Source of the DNA: an uncultured Smithella sp.
Lineage (GTDB): Bacteria > Desulfobacterota > Syntrophia > Syntrophales > Smithellaceae
Direction: 5' to 3'
Length of the DNA stretch: 64,000 bases
Assembly (NCBI GenBank): GCA_964443625.1
Contig: CAYUDM010000003.1
Location: 50,324-114,323, forward strand
This document shows, piece by piece, positions 9,705-18,078 of the stretch. The notes beneath the pieces are model-generated. The model was not told where the DNA came from and made no database searches. It saw nothing but the letters and a program-made list of their open reading frames with translations. The position numbers and the translations under genes were made by a program. Numbering within the stretch: position 1 is the stretch's first letter; each line of letters starts with the position of its first letter.

Positions 9705-11051
9705 TCAGCGCAGATGGATTTCGATTTGGCCCTTTTTATCGATGTGCAGGCGAATTTGTGCGATGTCCGTCTTTCCAAAAACCTTTTTAACAAAGCGGTT
9801 GAGTTTTTCATTCTGACTTGTCTTTCGTCGCGCATCGTCCGTCAGAAACACGGCGCCGTTCATCCGGCGGTCCGTTGCGGATGACGCAGTCAGAACAAGA
9901 GGAAAGGTCCACCGGATCTCATCGAAAGCGACAACAAGCTTTGCTTCCGCGCACGGCGGGTTGAACCGCTCAACGCGGATTGCATACTTTTCGGACGTCT
10001 TGAGATATCCGAAAAGCGTGCGTTCCCGGGTTGGTCCGTCCGCCGCGGCCTTGCTGTCGGACAAAAGCAAGGGTTTGTGCAGCGGCGCATCGGTGCGTGT
10101 GAAGGTCCAAGCTTCTGCGACAAGCGGTTTTGAGAAATAGCCATGCACGCCTTGCGGGTTGACGCCCTCGACGCGCAGTGTGCGTGCGTCGTTTCCTGTA
10201 CCGGTCTGGAAAATGGTAATGCACGAACTGATGCGGCCCTGACGGGACCTGATGGAGGGTTGTTTTTTCCATCCTTCCGGCGGAAGCGTCCGCACGTCCT
10301 TTTCTTCCGGAAGGTTGCGGCCCTTTCGTTCATAACTGTAGGCCAGAAGCGGATTGTGTCCCAGGGTGTCGAAGTCGGCCAGCCGGGTATACATTTCGCC
10401 CGCGTCGTTGATGACGAAGAGTGTTGAGGCGCTTGCAGCGAGCGCTCTGGCCCGGAAGCGGTTTCGCCGTGGCAGGCAGATTTCATGCTGGAAGTTCCCC
10501 GGCAGCCAGGGATCCGCATATCCGATTTTCAGTCCGTCTTCACTTAAGATATACAACGTGGTGACGCCTGCCCAGATCGGATGAAAATTGCCGTCGAGGT
10601 CGGAATACCCGCCGGTGAAGGATCCCCGATGCGAGATCGACCAGGAGCGGATTTTTTGGGGCAAATGGAGTTTATGCGCAAACGGCAGTCCCCATTGATC
10701 AGTCCACTTCCGAGTGGACCACTTCATGTAATAGATTACGCCGTTGTTGCCCAGAGCAACAAGGTTGTCTCCGTCGGAGGACACTTCGTGAATGGATACA
10801 GGCGGTATAAAACCTGCCCGGTCGGAATGGGGTAGTCCTGTCCGACCCAGCAGTTTCCAGGTGGACTGTTTTCCCGGAGAGTTCTGGGGTTTGAACCAGA
10901 GCCTGCCTTCATCCACGGCGATAACATATTCGTGAGTGAAGCTGCGCGTTGCGCATTTCACCGGGATTGAATCCGGCAGTCCTGCGGCTTGTGCGCAGAC
11001 AGTCAGTAAAAGAAAAGGAATAATACCAGATAGAGCAAAAATGTTTCTCAT
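9705..11051 (-). CDS. Secreted hypothetical protein (448 aa)
   Basis: Signal peptide MRNIFALSGIIPFLLLTVCAQAAG. The gene begins 4 nt downstream of the LRR/YiiX gene, so the two are probably co-transcribed. I recognise no family. Confidence 0.55.
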   Translation of the reverse strand: MRNIFALSGIIPFLLLTVCAQAAGLPDSIPVKCATRSFTHEYVIAVDEGRLWFKPQNSPGKQSTWKLLGRTGLPHSDRAGFIPPVSIHEVSSDGDNLVALGNNGVIYYMKWSTRKWTDQWGLPFAHKLHLPQKIRSWSISHRGSFTGGYSDLDGNFHPIWAGVTTLYILSEDGLKIGYADPWLPGNFQHEICLPRRNRFRARALAASASTLFVINDAGEMYTRLADFDTLGHNPLLAYSYERKGRNLPEEKDVRTLPPEGWKKQPSIRSRQGRISSCITIFQTGTGNDARTLRVEGVNPQGVHGYFSKPLVAEAWTFTRTDAPLHKPLLLSDSKAAADGPTRERTLFGYLKTSEKYAIRVERFNPPCAEAKLVVAFDEIRWTFPLVLTASSATDRRMNGAVFLTDDARRKTSQNEKLNRFVKKVFGKTDIAQIRLHIDKKGQIEIHLR

Positions 11052-11055
11052 CGCA

Positions 11056-13968
11056 TCACCGGCCGTCTTTCAGCGTCATTCGGAGGGCGGCGATGCCTTC
11101 CGGTCCTTGAAGGACACGGGCGGGTTTGCCGTTTGCTTGTTTCATATAAAGCCTTACGAATTGAAGCGTTTGACCTGAATAGGCAATAGACGGTTTGGGT
11201 TCCTGATTCTCGTGCATATACAAGGCGAGCTTTACGATTTCACTGGCCGGCATCGTGTCCCGTCCGGCCTTTTTGACCATTCCCGGCACCGGTGGGGCGG
11301 GTTTCACAACGGCCTGTTTCTGGATCAGAAAGTTAATGTCGGGATGGTATGCCCGGTATAAAAGCTCGGTGCAAACGAGTTTGTCGTCCGTGAAAAAATC
11401 AAAGTCAAAATCATAGGCTCTTCCGTAATAGCGCAGCGCGCGGCGAATCGCTTCGGCCACTTTGGCTTCCTGCTCGTCGGGGGCGAAACGTGGGCGGAAA
11501 ATAACAATGTAATCCTTTTGGACTGCTTCTTCCAGGGAGTTGAAGACGACGCCTTCGGATATCGCTTCCATCACTCTTGCCGGATGGTCATCCTTCGCGG
11601 AGCGATAGTTCGGAAGGATATTTTTGAAAATCCAGGGATCTTCGGCGAGAATCGTGCCGTCGGCGAGTCTCAGTCCCGACCACTGCCTGGCCGTTCCCAG
11701 GTAAAATATGCCGTGAGGCCAGAAACCGCCGAGAAACGCGTTGGAAAGATAGTAATCCGAGCGTGACACGATCAGATCGCCCGGTTTGAGAATGGCTTTC
11801 ATCTCCTCGATCTGGCGATCGGTAATGGCGGGGCTGGGGTGGGAAAACCGTGTGTCGCCGATCAGGCTGGCGATGCTTGTAGTGACGCGGTACACAGGAA
11901 ATTTGACGCTGTTTTTGACCTTGGCTTCCCAAAGTTCTTTAAAGGCCCGCACATCCGATATTTGATGAATCTTCAACAGACGTCGGTTTTGTGCGATTCT
12001 CTCTCTGCTTTGCAGCATGTGTGCTCGCAGAGGGGAAAGCTCAATGTTATCAGGCGAAACTTTCCGGTCAAGTGTCCGCAGTCCGAACAGGAAGTGAAGA
12101 AGAGGGGCGCTCAGACGGCTTTTTAAAAGATCCCGCACGGCACCGTCCGGAATTCGGGTGGAGATTCGCCCGTCGAGATTGAAAAAACCGGCCGGAACTT
12201 CGGAATCCAGAATTTTAAAAATCGGGTGGAGACGATACCAGTCCTCATCGAGCGCATTGAGCGATGAACGGTCGCCCACGACAATATTTAAAAACCAGTC
12301 CAGATAGGTGCGATACATGCCGGACGCCTGCGCCAGGATCAGACGGACTTCCGCGCGGTAGGCAAAAGCGTCATCCGATTCGGCAAGATGCCATCGTGCC
12401 ATCGTGTTTTCCAGCCGCTGAAAGGTCAGCATCATGCGAAACTGAATGAGACGTGTGCCGGCCAGTTCGGTTTCGGAGAAAAACTTTTTTCCACCGGCCC
12501 GGTCCATGCGTTCCATGGCCGTATCAACCAGATCTTCCAAGCGAAGGACATCGAAGCGAAGCTCGTCGTCCATGAGGGCGATTTTTTCAAAATCGCGCTT
12601 CAGGGCAGCCTCCAGTTCAGCCGGGGTTTCATTCGTATACCAGGCAACAAAACGATTGCGGCTGAAATGGTCGGCCAGCGTTTCCAGAATCAAATCATCG
12701 GAAGCCGGACGGGCGGGTTGACGCCCATCGGCGGACGCCTGCAAAACGATGACGATGCCCAGTGTCTTTTTGTTAAAGCCTACGGCGGGAGTCTTGCGGG
12801 GGGAATCAGGAGATTCAAAACGGATGGAGACCTCGAAAAAATCGAAGGCAGCCCGGCGATAGGCCTCGCGAACCTCTTCAAACTGCCTCAACAGCAGGCG
12901 TTCCTCACGGGCGCGCAAACCCGGGGCCGCTTCCGCGTCCGCATCGGTTGCCGAGTAGTCGGCCGAAATCCGAATCGGCACATGCCAGTGCGAACGCACG
13001 AACAAGCGAAGCTTTTCGATGCCTTCGGCCACAGGGCCTTCGGGGCCCGGCGCGGCGGAAGAGGGTCGTGTGCCCGCCAAGCGCCTGAGGGGTAAAGGCA
13101 TGTGATTGTCCGTGACGACGTTGCAGGCAGGATCGAACATTGCTTGCAGCGACAACGGTTCGTCTGAAGTTTCGAAAGGATTGTCTGATATATTAACGAC
13201 TTCCGGCGGCGGAAGCTTTGTGACGGTCGACAGGCCCGTATGGTTTATCAGGTTGCGGGAAAGATCCAGACTCCGCAGGCGGACTTTGTCCGAAACGAAA
13301 TCGTGAGGAAGCTCGAACAGCCAGTTTCCAGACAGATCAAGAATTCGGACAAAAGGATGTTCCCTGAAAAGGCCTTCCGGCAAACGGGTTAAGGCATTGT
13401 CCGACAGGAAGACGGATTCCAAAAGCGGGTTGCCGTCAAAGGCGCCGGGCGCAACGACGGATAATTGGCATCCTGAAAGATCAATCCGACGCAGACGAGG
13501 CAGAGCGTGAAGCTCTTTTTGCAGGGTCTTGATCGGATTGCGTGCGACAAAAAGATTTTCCAGATTGTCAAGCGCGGAAAGCGCCTGAGGGTCCAGTGCC
13601 TTGATCTGATTGCCTTCCAGATCAAGCGTTTTTAAATGGTGCAGACCGTCGAAATCGCCCGGTTTCAAGGCCGTGATATTTTTTTCAATGATATGCAGTG
13701 AGGAAATGCGTTGCAGCTCGTCCGCGCCGACCCGGTTGCAGCGGACGACGCCTCCCTCTCCGGAGGTAAAACGCATCGCGGCGATCTCTTTTTGAATTGC
13801 GATTCTAACCTCGTCGGTTCGGTCGCAGATGGAGAGGTCATCGGCGGGCAAGGCCGGATCTGCGGCAGCAACCGGGGAGGCCGGAAGCCAGAAGATCAGG
13901 AAAAAAAAGAGGATGCAAAACGGAGATGCGCATCTAAGCCGGCGAGCGTTTCTATGCATAAAGGACAT
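11056..13968 (-). CDS. Large secreted protein with N-terminal leucine-rich repeats, a central unknown region and a C-terminal permuted papain-like (YiiX/YaeF, C92-like) domain
   Basis: Signal-like segment CILFFFLIFWLPASPVAAADP. LRR units include LKTLDLEGNQIKAL, LENLFVARNPIKTL, LRRIDLSGCQLSVV, LESVFLSDNALTRLP, VRILDLSGNWLFELP and LRSLDLSRNLI. The C-terminus has PGDLIVSRS...FWPHGIFYLG...DDKLVCTELLYRAY, with His before Cys as in the permuted NlpC/P60 YiiX family. The start is either ATG 13968 or ATG 13959, and 13959 has the better AAGGA spacing. Confidence 0.75.
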   Translation of the reverse strand: MSFMHRNARRLRCASPFCILFFFLIFWLPASPVAAADPALPADDLSICDRTDEVRIAIQKEIAAMRFTSGEGGVVRCNRVGADELQRISSLHIIEKNITALKPGDFDGLHHLKTLDLEGNQIKALDPQALSALDNLENLFVARNPIKTLQKELHALPRLRRIDLSGCQLSVVAPGAFDGNPLLESVFLSDNALTRLPEGLFREHPFVRILDLSGNWLFELPHDFVSDKVRLRSLDLSRNLINHTGLSTVTKLPPPEVVNISDNPFETSDEPLSLQAMFDPACNVVTDNHMPLPLRRLAGTRPSSAAPGPEGPVAEGIEKLRLFVRSHWHVPIRISADYSATDADAEAAPGLRAREERLLLRQFEEVREAYRRAAFDFFEVSIRFESPDSPRKTPAVGFNKKTLGIVIVLQASADGRQPARPASDDLILETLADHFSRNRFVAWYTNETPAELEAALKRDFEKIALMDDELRFDVLRLEDLVDTAMERMDRAGGKKFFSETELAGTRLIQFRMMLTFQRLENTMARWHLAESDDAFAYRAEVRLILAQASGMYRTYLDWFLNIVVGDRSSLNALDEDWYRLHPIFKILDSEVPAGFFNLDGRISTRIPDGAVRDLLKSRLSAPLLHFLFGLRTLDRKVSPDNIELSPLRAHMLQSRERIAQNRRLLKIHQISDVRAFKELWEAKVKNSVKFPVYRVTTSIASLIGDTRFSHPSPAITDRQIEEMKAILKPGDLIVSRSDYYLSNAFLGGFWPHGIFYLGTARQWSGLRLADGTILAEDPWIFKNILPNYRSAKDDHPARVMEAISEGVVFNSLEEAVQKDYIVIFRPRFAPDEQEAKVAEAIRRALRYYGRAYDFDFDFFTDDKLVCTELLYRAYHPDINFLIQKQAVVKPAPPVPGMVKKAGRDTMPASEIVKLALYMHENQEPKPSIAYSGQTLQFVRLYMKQANGKPARVLQGPEGIAALRMTLKDGR

Positions 13969-14188
13969 CCTTATTTTCAGCTCAATGCGGGCATGGCGAG
14001 CCTCCCGGACGCCGGTGTTTTGCGTAAACGAACCTGCGCCAAACGGCACCATCCGGTTGTCTTAAAGGAGATTGCCGGCCATGATCCTGCAGCTGAGACA
14101 GTCCCATAATCCAACCTTTCGGGAATGTCAATGTTTGGCTGAAAATGATCTGATAAACACGGTCAGGGCCTTCCGGGACTGTCTGACG

Positions 14189-15028
14189 TCAGGCGTTGAC
14201 CATGGAATCGATGAGGTTCCTTCCATTTTGATAGAAGACCTTCTCATAGAACGCTCCGGACAGGTGATATCCTTCCAGGGTCGCAAGCTCCGATTCGCGC
14301 GGCAAAATAAGATTGGGAAAATCCGATCCGTACAAAATGCGGTCTTTGTAGTTCTCCAGCGGCCCGCGGCCGAGATCAAAAGCGCCCTTGCCCTGCTGCT
14401 CCCGAAAAAACGCAAAAGCCGTATCCAGGTAAAGACCGGGATAATCGTCGAGCAGATCCACAAAACCCTGATACTCAAATGCGCCCATGTGGGCGATATT
14501 GGCCCGGATGTCCGGATAGCGGCGCAGCAGTTTTTTGAAGTGGGCAAGTCCTACATAGTCGTTTCCCAAAGGGCCGTTGCCGACATGGAACAAAATACGC
14601 TTTTTGCGTGAGGCGACCAGATCATAGAGCGCGAAAAGGCGCTCATCGTGCGGATAGAATCGCTGCACATGAAGATGCAGCTTGACGCCCAGCGTGCGGG
14701 GGTGTTCCAGGATTTCTTCGGTATAACGGATCGCGTCGGCGTCGCCGGGGTGATAGGCCGCAAAGCAGTATAGGTCCGGATTTTCTTCCAGCACCGTCCG
14801 GTTCCAGGCGTTGAGTGTCCGGGCGATGCCTTCCCGATGCGCGTAATTGGAATAAACGATTTTACAAACGCCGCGCGATTTCAGATATTGGATACATTCC
14901 GGATAATAGAATTTGTAAAGGATGCCCATCTTGTATTCCCTGTCGAAATAGTTCCAGATGGCGTCTGCAAGCCGGTCCGGAAACAGATGCACATGAAAAT
15001 CGATGATGCGGTCGGGAATGTTGCTCAA
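14189..15028 (-). CDS. Amidohydrolase-family (TIM-barrel metal-dependent hydrolase) protein
   Basis: The N-terminal IDFHVHLFPD metal-binding motif and the C-terminal ILYGSDFP motif are typical of amidohydrolase_2 proteins. Confidence 0.65.
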   Translation of the reverse strand: MSNIPDRIIDFHVHLFPDRLADAIWNYFDREYKMGILYKFYYPECIQYLKSRGVCKIVYSNYAHREGIARTLNAWNRTVLEENPDLYCFAAYHPGDADAIRYTEEILEHPRTLGVKLHLHVQRFYPHDERLFALYDLVASRKKRILFHVGNGPLGNDYVGLAHFKKLLRRYPDIRANIAHMGAFEYQGFVDLLDDYPGLYLDTAFAFFREQQGKGAFDLGRGPLENYKDRILYGSDFPNLILPRESELATLEGYHLSGAFYEKVFYQNGRNLIDSMVNA

Positions 15029-15080
15029 GATTTATAACTCCGTGAAAAAAAATGACAGGCTGCGCATCGTCGCCGGGATT

Positions 15081-15881
15081 TTAAAAATGATACCTCAGGC
15101 CGAGACTCGGGCCGTGCGCTTTGAGGCGCGCTTCAATGTTGCTGATCGCAAGGCCGGAAGGCAGTGTATTCATAAACATGCCGCCGGGATCCGTCTGCAT
15201 CCGGCCCAGATCAACATAGCGCCAGGCGATATCCAAAATCAGGTTTTCAGTCAGTGCAAAGCCGGTGCCGACGGCCAGTACAAAGGCGAAATCCGTCTTT
15301 TTTCCGGAAGGAATGATGCTGATTTTATGCGCGCCGGGATTTTGAGGAAACAAATAAGTCATTTCGCCCAGACGATTGTGAGCCATTCCGATGCCGCCGC
15401 CGATGTATGGCGAAAAGCGCCCGAGCGTCCCCGGTTTGAAAAAGCCGTCAAGATCGACGAAGAGATTGACCATGCCGGCAAACGATTCCGCCTTGGCCGA
15501 AACAGGCTGGACGGCGCCCGCGGACAAAAAGTTCGCGTTCCCTTCATAGTCCATATTGAACCGGTAGGCCAAAGACAAATCGGCCCGCAGCCAGGGCAAA
15601 AACTTTCGGCCTGCGGCGATTTCCACAAGCGGATAGCGGCCGAAGTCGCCGTAAGCGCCGATGGGCCGTCCGTCGGAACCCGCGGCGCAGCCGAAAAGCG
15701 CAGGCGGATGCACCGAAGCGCAGTTTGTGTCGGAAAAATCGGCGTCAAACGACTGTTCCGAACCGGCCTGGCCGCGGACATACCAGCCTTCGGCTGCCGC
15801 CGGATCCAAAAAGAATATTGAAGAAAAAACAAAGATGGTCAGACCGGCAAAATACATCCGCAGCAGGGGGGGTTTTTTCAT
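15081..15881 (-). CDS. Outer-membrane beta-barrel protein
   Basis: Signal peptide, alternating beta-strand pattern, and a C-terminal ...GLRYHF ending in an aromatic residue, as expected for a BAM substrate. Confidence 0.6.
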   Translation of the reverse strand: MKKPPLLRMYFAGLTIFVFSSIFFLDPAAAEGWYVRGQAGSEQSFDADFSDTNCASVHPPALFGCAAGSDGRPIGAYGDFGRYPLVEIAAGRKFLPWLRADLSLAYRFNMDYEGNANFLSAGAVQPVSAKAESFAGMVNLFVDLDGFFKPGTLGRFSPYIGGGIGMAHNRLGEMTYLFPQNPGAHKISIIPSGKKTDFAFVLAVGTGFALTENLILDIAWRYVDLGRMQTDPGGMFMNTLPSGLAISNIEARLKAHGPSLGLRYHF

Positions 15882-15921
15882 CGTTTCGTTTTGTCTCCTT
15901 ATGAAGCATTAAAACGTGTTT

Positions 15922-16437
15922 CTACCAGTTGGTGACGCTTGGACTTGCGCCGTCGTAGTCACTCAAACCAACGCCGCGCTGAGGCAGTATAATCTGAGCC
16001 GTGTAGCGGCAGGTTGCGTCCGGTCTGTCGTTGCGCCAGAGGTTTACCCGGTATTCCACGGGAATGGACACATAGCCCAGCCGTACGCCTCTGTCTTCAA
16101 GGATATAGTTCCGGAAGTAGGGGAAAGCCTTTTTTTCCAGGATGTCCAGGTCGTCCAGGCTTTTTATGCGCTCCTCGCGGGGGTGATCCGTGCAAACGCT
16201 TGCGCCTCCGATGATATGCACGACACCGGCCAGCGTGTTTTCGGGCATGCCGTCGGGATTGTACAGTTTGATGATGCGCGAATACTGGCCTTCAGGAACG
16301 GTTTCAACGGTCCGCTTGGACAAAACGGAGTAAGCGCCGCAGCCGAATAGCGCCAAAAGACATATCCCGCACAAAAGAAGCTTCAGAGAGTTTTTCAGTA
16401 GGTTCTTCAACGCATCGTTTCCTTTGTTAATACACAC
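15922..16437 (-). CDS. Putative lipoprotein (hypothetical)
   Basis: Lipobox-like LLALFGC at the end of a hydrophobic N-terminus. No recognisable family. Confidence 0.45.
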   Translation of the reverse strand: MCINKGNDALKNLLKNSLKLLLCGICLLALFGCGAYSVLSKRTVETVPEGQYSRIIKLYNPDGMPENTLAGVVHIIGGASVCTDHPREERIKSLDDLDILEKKAFPYFRNYILEDRGVRLGYVSIPVEYRVNLWRNDRPDATCRYTAQIILPQRGVGLSDYDGASPSVTNW

Positions 16438-16453
16438 GCCGAAACTGCGCCGA

Positions 16454-17026
16454 CTAAGGGGTTGCCGCCTTCACGCCCAGCTCAAAGGCCTGTTTTGTCG
16501 CCATGGCATCGGAAACGATCTCGCCTTTTTCATTGGCGGAGGCCATCACCGCGCCCAACCAGGTCATTTTCGTCATCTCGGCGGTGGTCTTGAAGCTGTG
16601 CACAATCGGATCTGCCGTGTGCGTGTTGATATCGCCGCAAACTGTGATCAAACCGATGCGTTTGGCGCGCATCTTCGGATAATAAAGTTTCTGCCATTTC
16701 CATTCCGCGTCGAAAAAGACGCACCATCGATCCAGATAGGCCTTCATCTGCGCGGTCATAGACCAGAAGTACACGGGGCTGGCGTGAATCACGGCATAGG
16801 CGTCCAGAATATGCTTTTGAATGTCGGCCATGTCATCCTTGATCGCGCAGATGCCTGTTTTGTTGCACTTCTTGCAATCTTTACAGCCCGCGATGCGCCT
16901 GCGGTCCAGAATGACTTTCTCTACAACGTCCGCTCCCGCCTCCTTCGCGCCGGCCAGCGCCTGACTCAAAAGGATATCGCTGTTGCCGCCGATTCTCGGA
17001 CTGCCTAAAATGCCCAGTATCTTCAT
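16454..17026 (-). CDS. Iron-sulfur flavoprotein / NADPH-dependent FMN reductase family
   Basis: Starts MKILGILGSPRIGGNS (flavodoxin-like FMN site). It has the compact cluster motif CKDCKKCNKTGIC (C-x2-C-x2-C-x5-C) typical of ISF proteins. I prefer the internal Met to the 222-aa track ORF. Confidence 0.75.
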   Translation of the reverse strand: MKILGILGSPRIGGNSDILLSQALAGAKEAGADVVEKVILDRRRIAGCKDCKKCNKTGICAIKDDMADIQKHILDAYAVIHASPVYFWSMTAQMKAYLDRWCVFFDAEWKWQKLYYPKMRAKRIGLITVCGDINTHTADPIVHSFKTTAEMTKMTWLGAVMASANEKGEIVSDAMATKQAFELGVKAATP

Positions 17027-17247
17027 GTCGATCCTCCGTTTGCTTGATATCCCGGTTCCGCGTCCGTGTCGTGTTGAATAAAAGCTAGCTCTTTTGGCGG
17101 CTTTTGTAAACAGCAAAGACATCCGGCCGGATTCGAGTAAAGCAGGATCATTTTCCTTGCGCCTGAAATAGGGAGAGACTATATAGTTTTCGGATTCACA
17201 TGCGGCATGTGATGCATGATGTCCGGCTTACGACTTTGAATATTTAG

Positions 17248-18078
17248 GTGGCTTGCGTGGCAAAATCCCTTCATCTTCTTCGATACGATCCGTCGAGCGA
17301 TGATCCGTTTATGGTGATCGCGCACCGCGGGGCATCGGCTTATTTTCCGGAAAACACACTGGCCGCCTTTGAAGGCGCCATTCAAATGGGCGCGGATATG
17401 GTGGAACTCGACGTGCAGCTATCGGCCGATGGCGAAGTGGTGGCCCATCACGACAAGAAGCTCAATCGTTGCACGGATGGAAAAAAGACGGTCGCCAACT
17501 GCAGCCTCGCCACACTCAAGGCGCTCGACGCGGGAAGCTGGTTTGATAAAATTTTCAGCGGCGAAAAAATTCCCACGCTTTCCGAAATTCTCGATCTTTG
17601 CAGAGGCAGGGTGCCGCTCAACATCGAAATAAAAACCGAAGCGGTCACGGACCGTCTTGCCGGAGGCGTTGAAGAGAAGTGCCTCAGTCTCGTCACGCGC
17701 CACGGCATGACCGGGCATGTGGCCTTTTCCAGTTTCGATCCGCGCGCCTTGCTGCATTTAGGACAACTGGATTCATCGCTGCCGCTTGCCGTTTTATACG
17801 AGAAACGCCTGTATGCGGATCGCCAACCGTCTTGGATTGTCGAGCAGGTCGGAGCCGATATCTTCAACTGTTCCCGATGGCAGCTCACTGCCGGATGGCT
17901 CGACGATCTTAAAACGCATGACATTGCGGTCAATGTTTATACCGTCAACCGGGAAGGTGATATGCGGCGCTTGATCGCCAAAGGCGTGAACGGCCTTTTC
18001 ACCAACCGGCCCGACGTGTTGAGAAAAGTCGTTAAGGAGGTTCGATGCAGACAAAACCAGAGCGGCCGACAACCCTGA
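17248..18078 (+). CDS. Glycerophosphodiester phosphodiesterase (GDPD family)
   Basis: VIAHRGASAYFPENTLAAFEGAIQMGADMVELDVQLSADGEVVAHHD is the GDPD catalytic signature. The start is uncertain: GTG 17248 or ATG 17311. Confidence 0.85.
   Translation: MACVAKSLHLLRYDPSSDDPFMVIAHRGASAYFPENTLAAFEGAIQMGADMVELDVQLSADGEVVAHHDKKLNRCTDGKKTVANCSLATLKALDAGSWFDKIFSGEKIPTLSEILDLCRGRVPLNIEIKTEAVTDRLAGGVEEKCLSLVTRHGMTGHVAFSSFDPRALLHLGQLDSSLPLAVLYEKRLYADRQPSWIVEQVGADIFNCSRWQLTAGWLDDLKTHDIAVNVYTVNREGDMRRLIAKGVNGLFTNRPDVLRKVVKEVRCRQNQSGRQP

Noticed and set aside
15003-15821. A 272-aa plus-strand ORF lies opposite the OM barrel gene. Similar cases are 25443-26288 opposite the MFS gene and 62956-63537 opposite nrpR.
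   Set aside because: The opposite-strand genes have signal peptides, TM patterns or family motifs. These ORFs have none.
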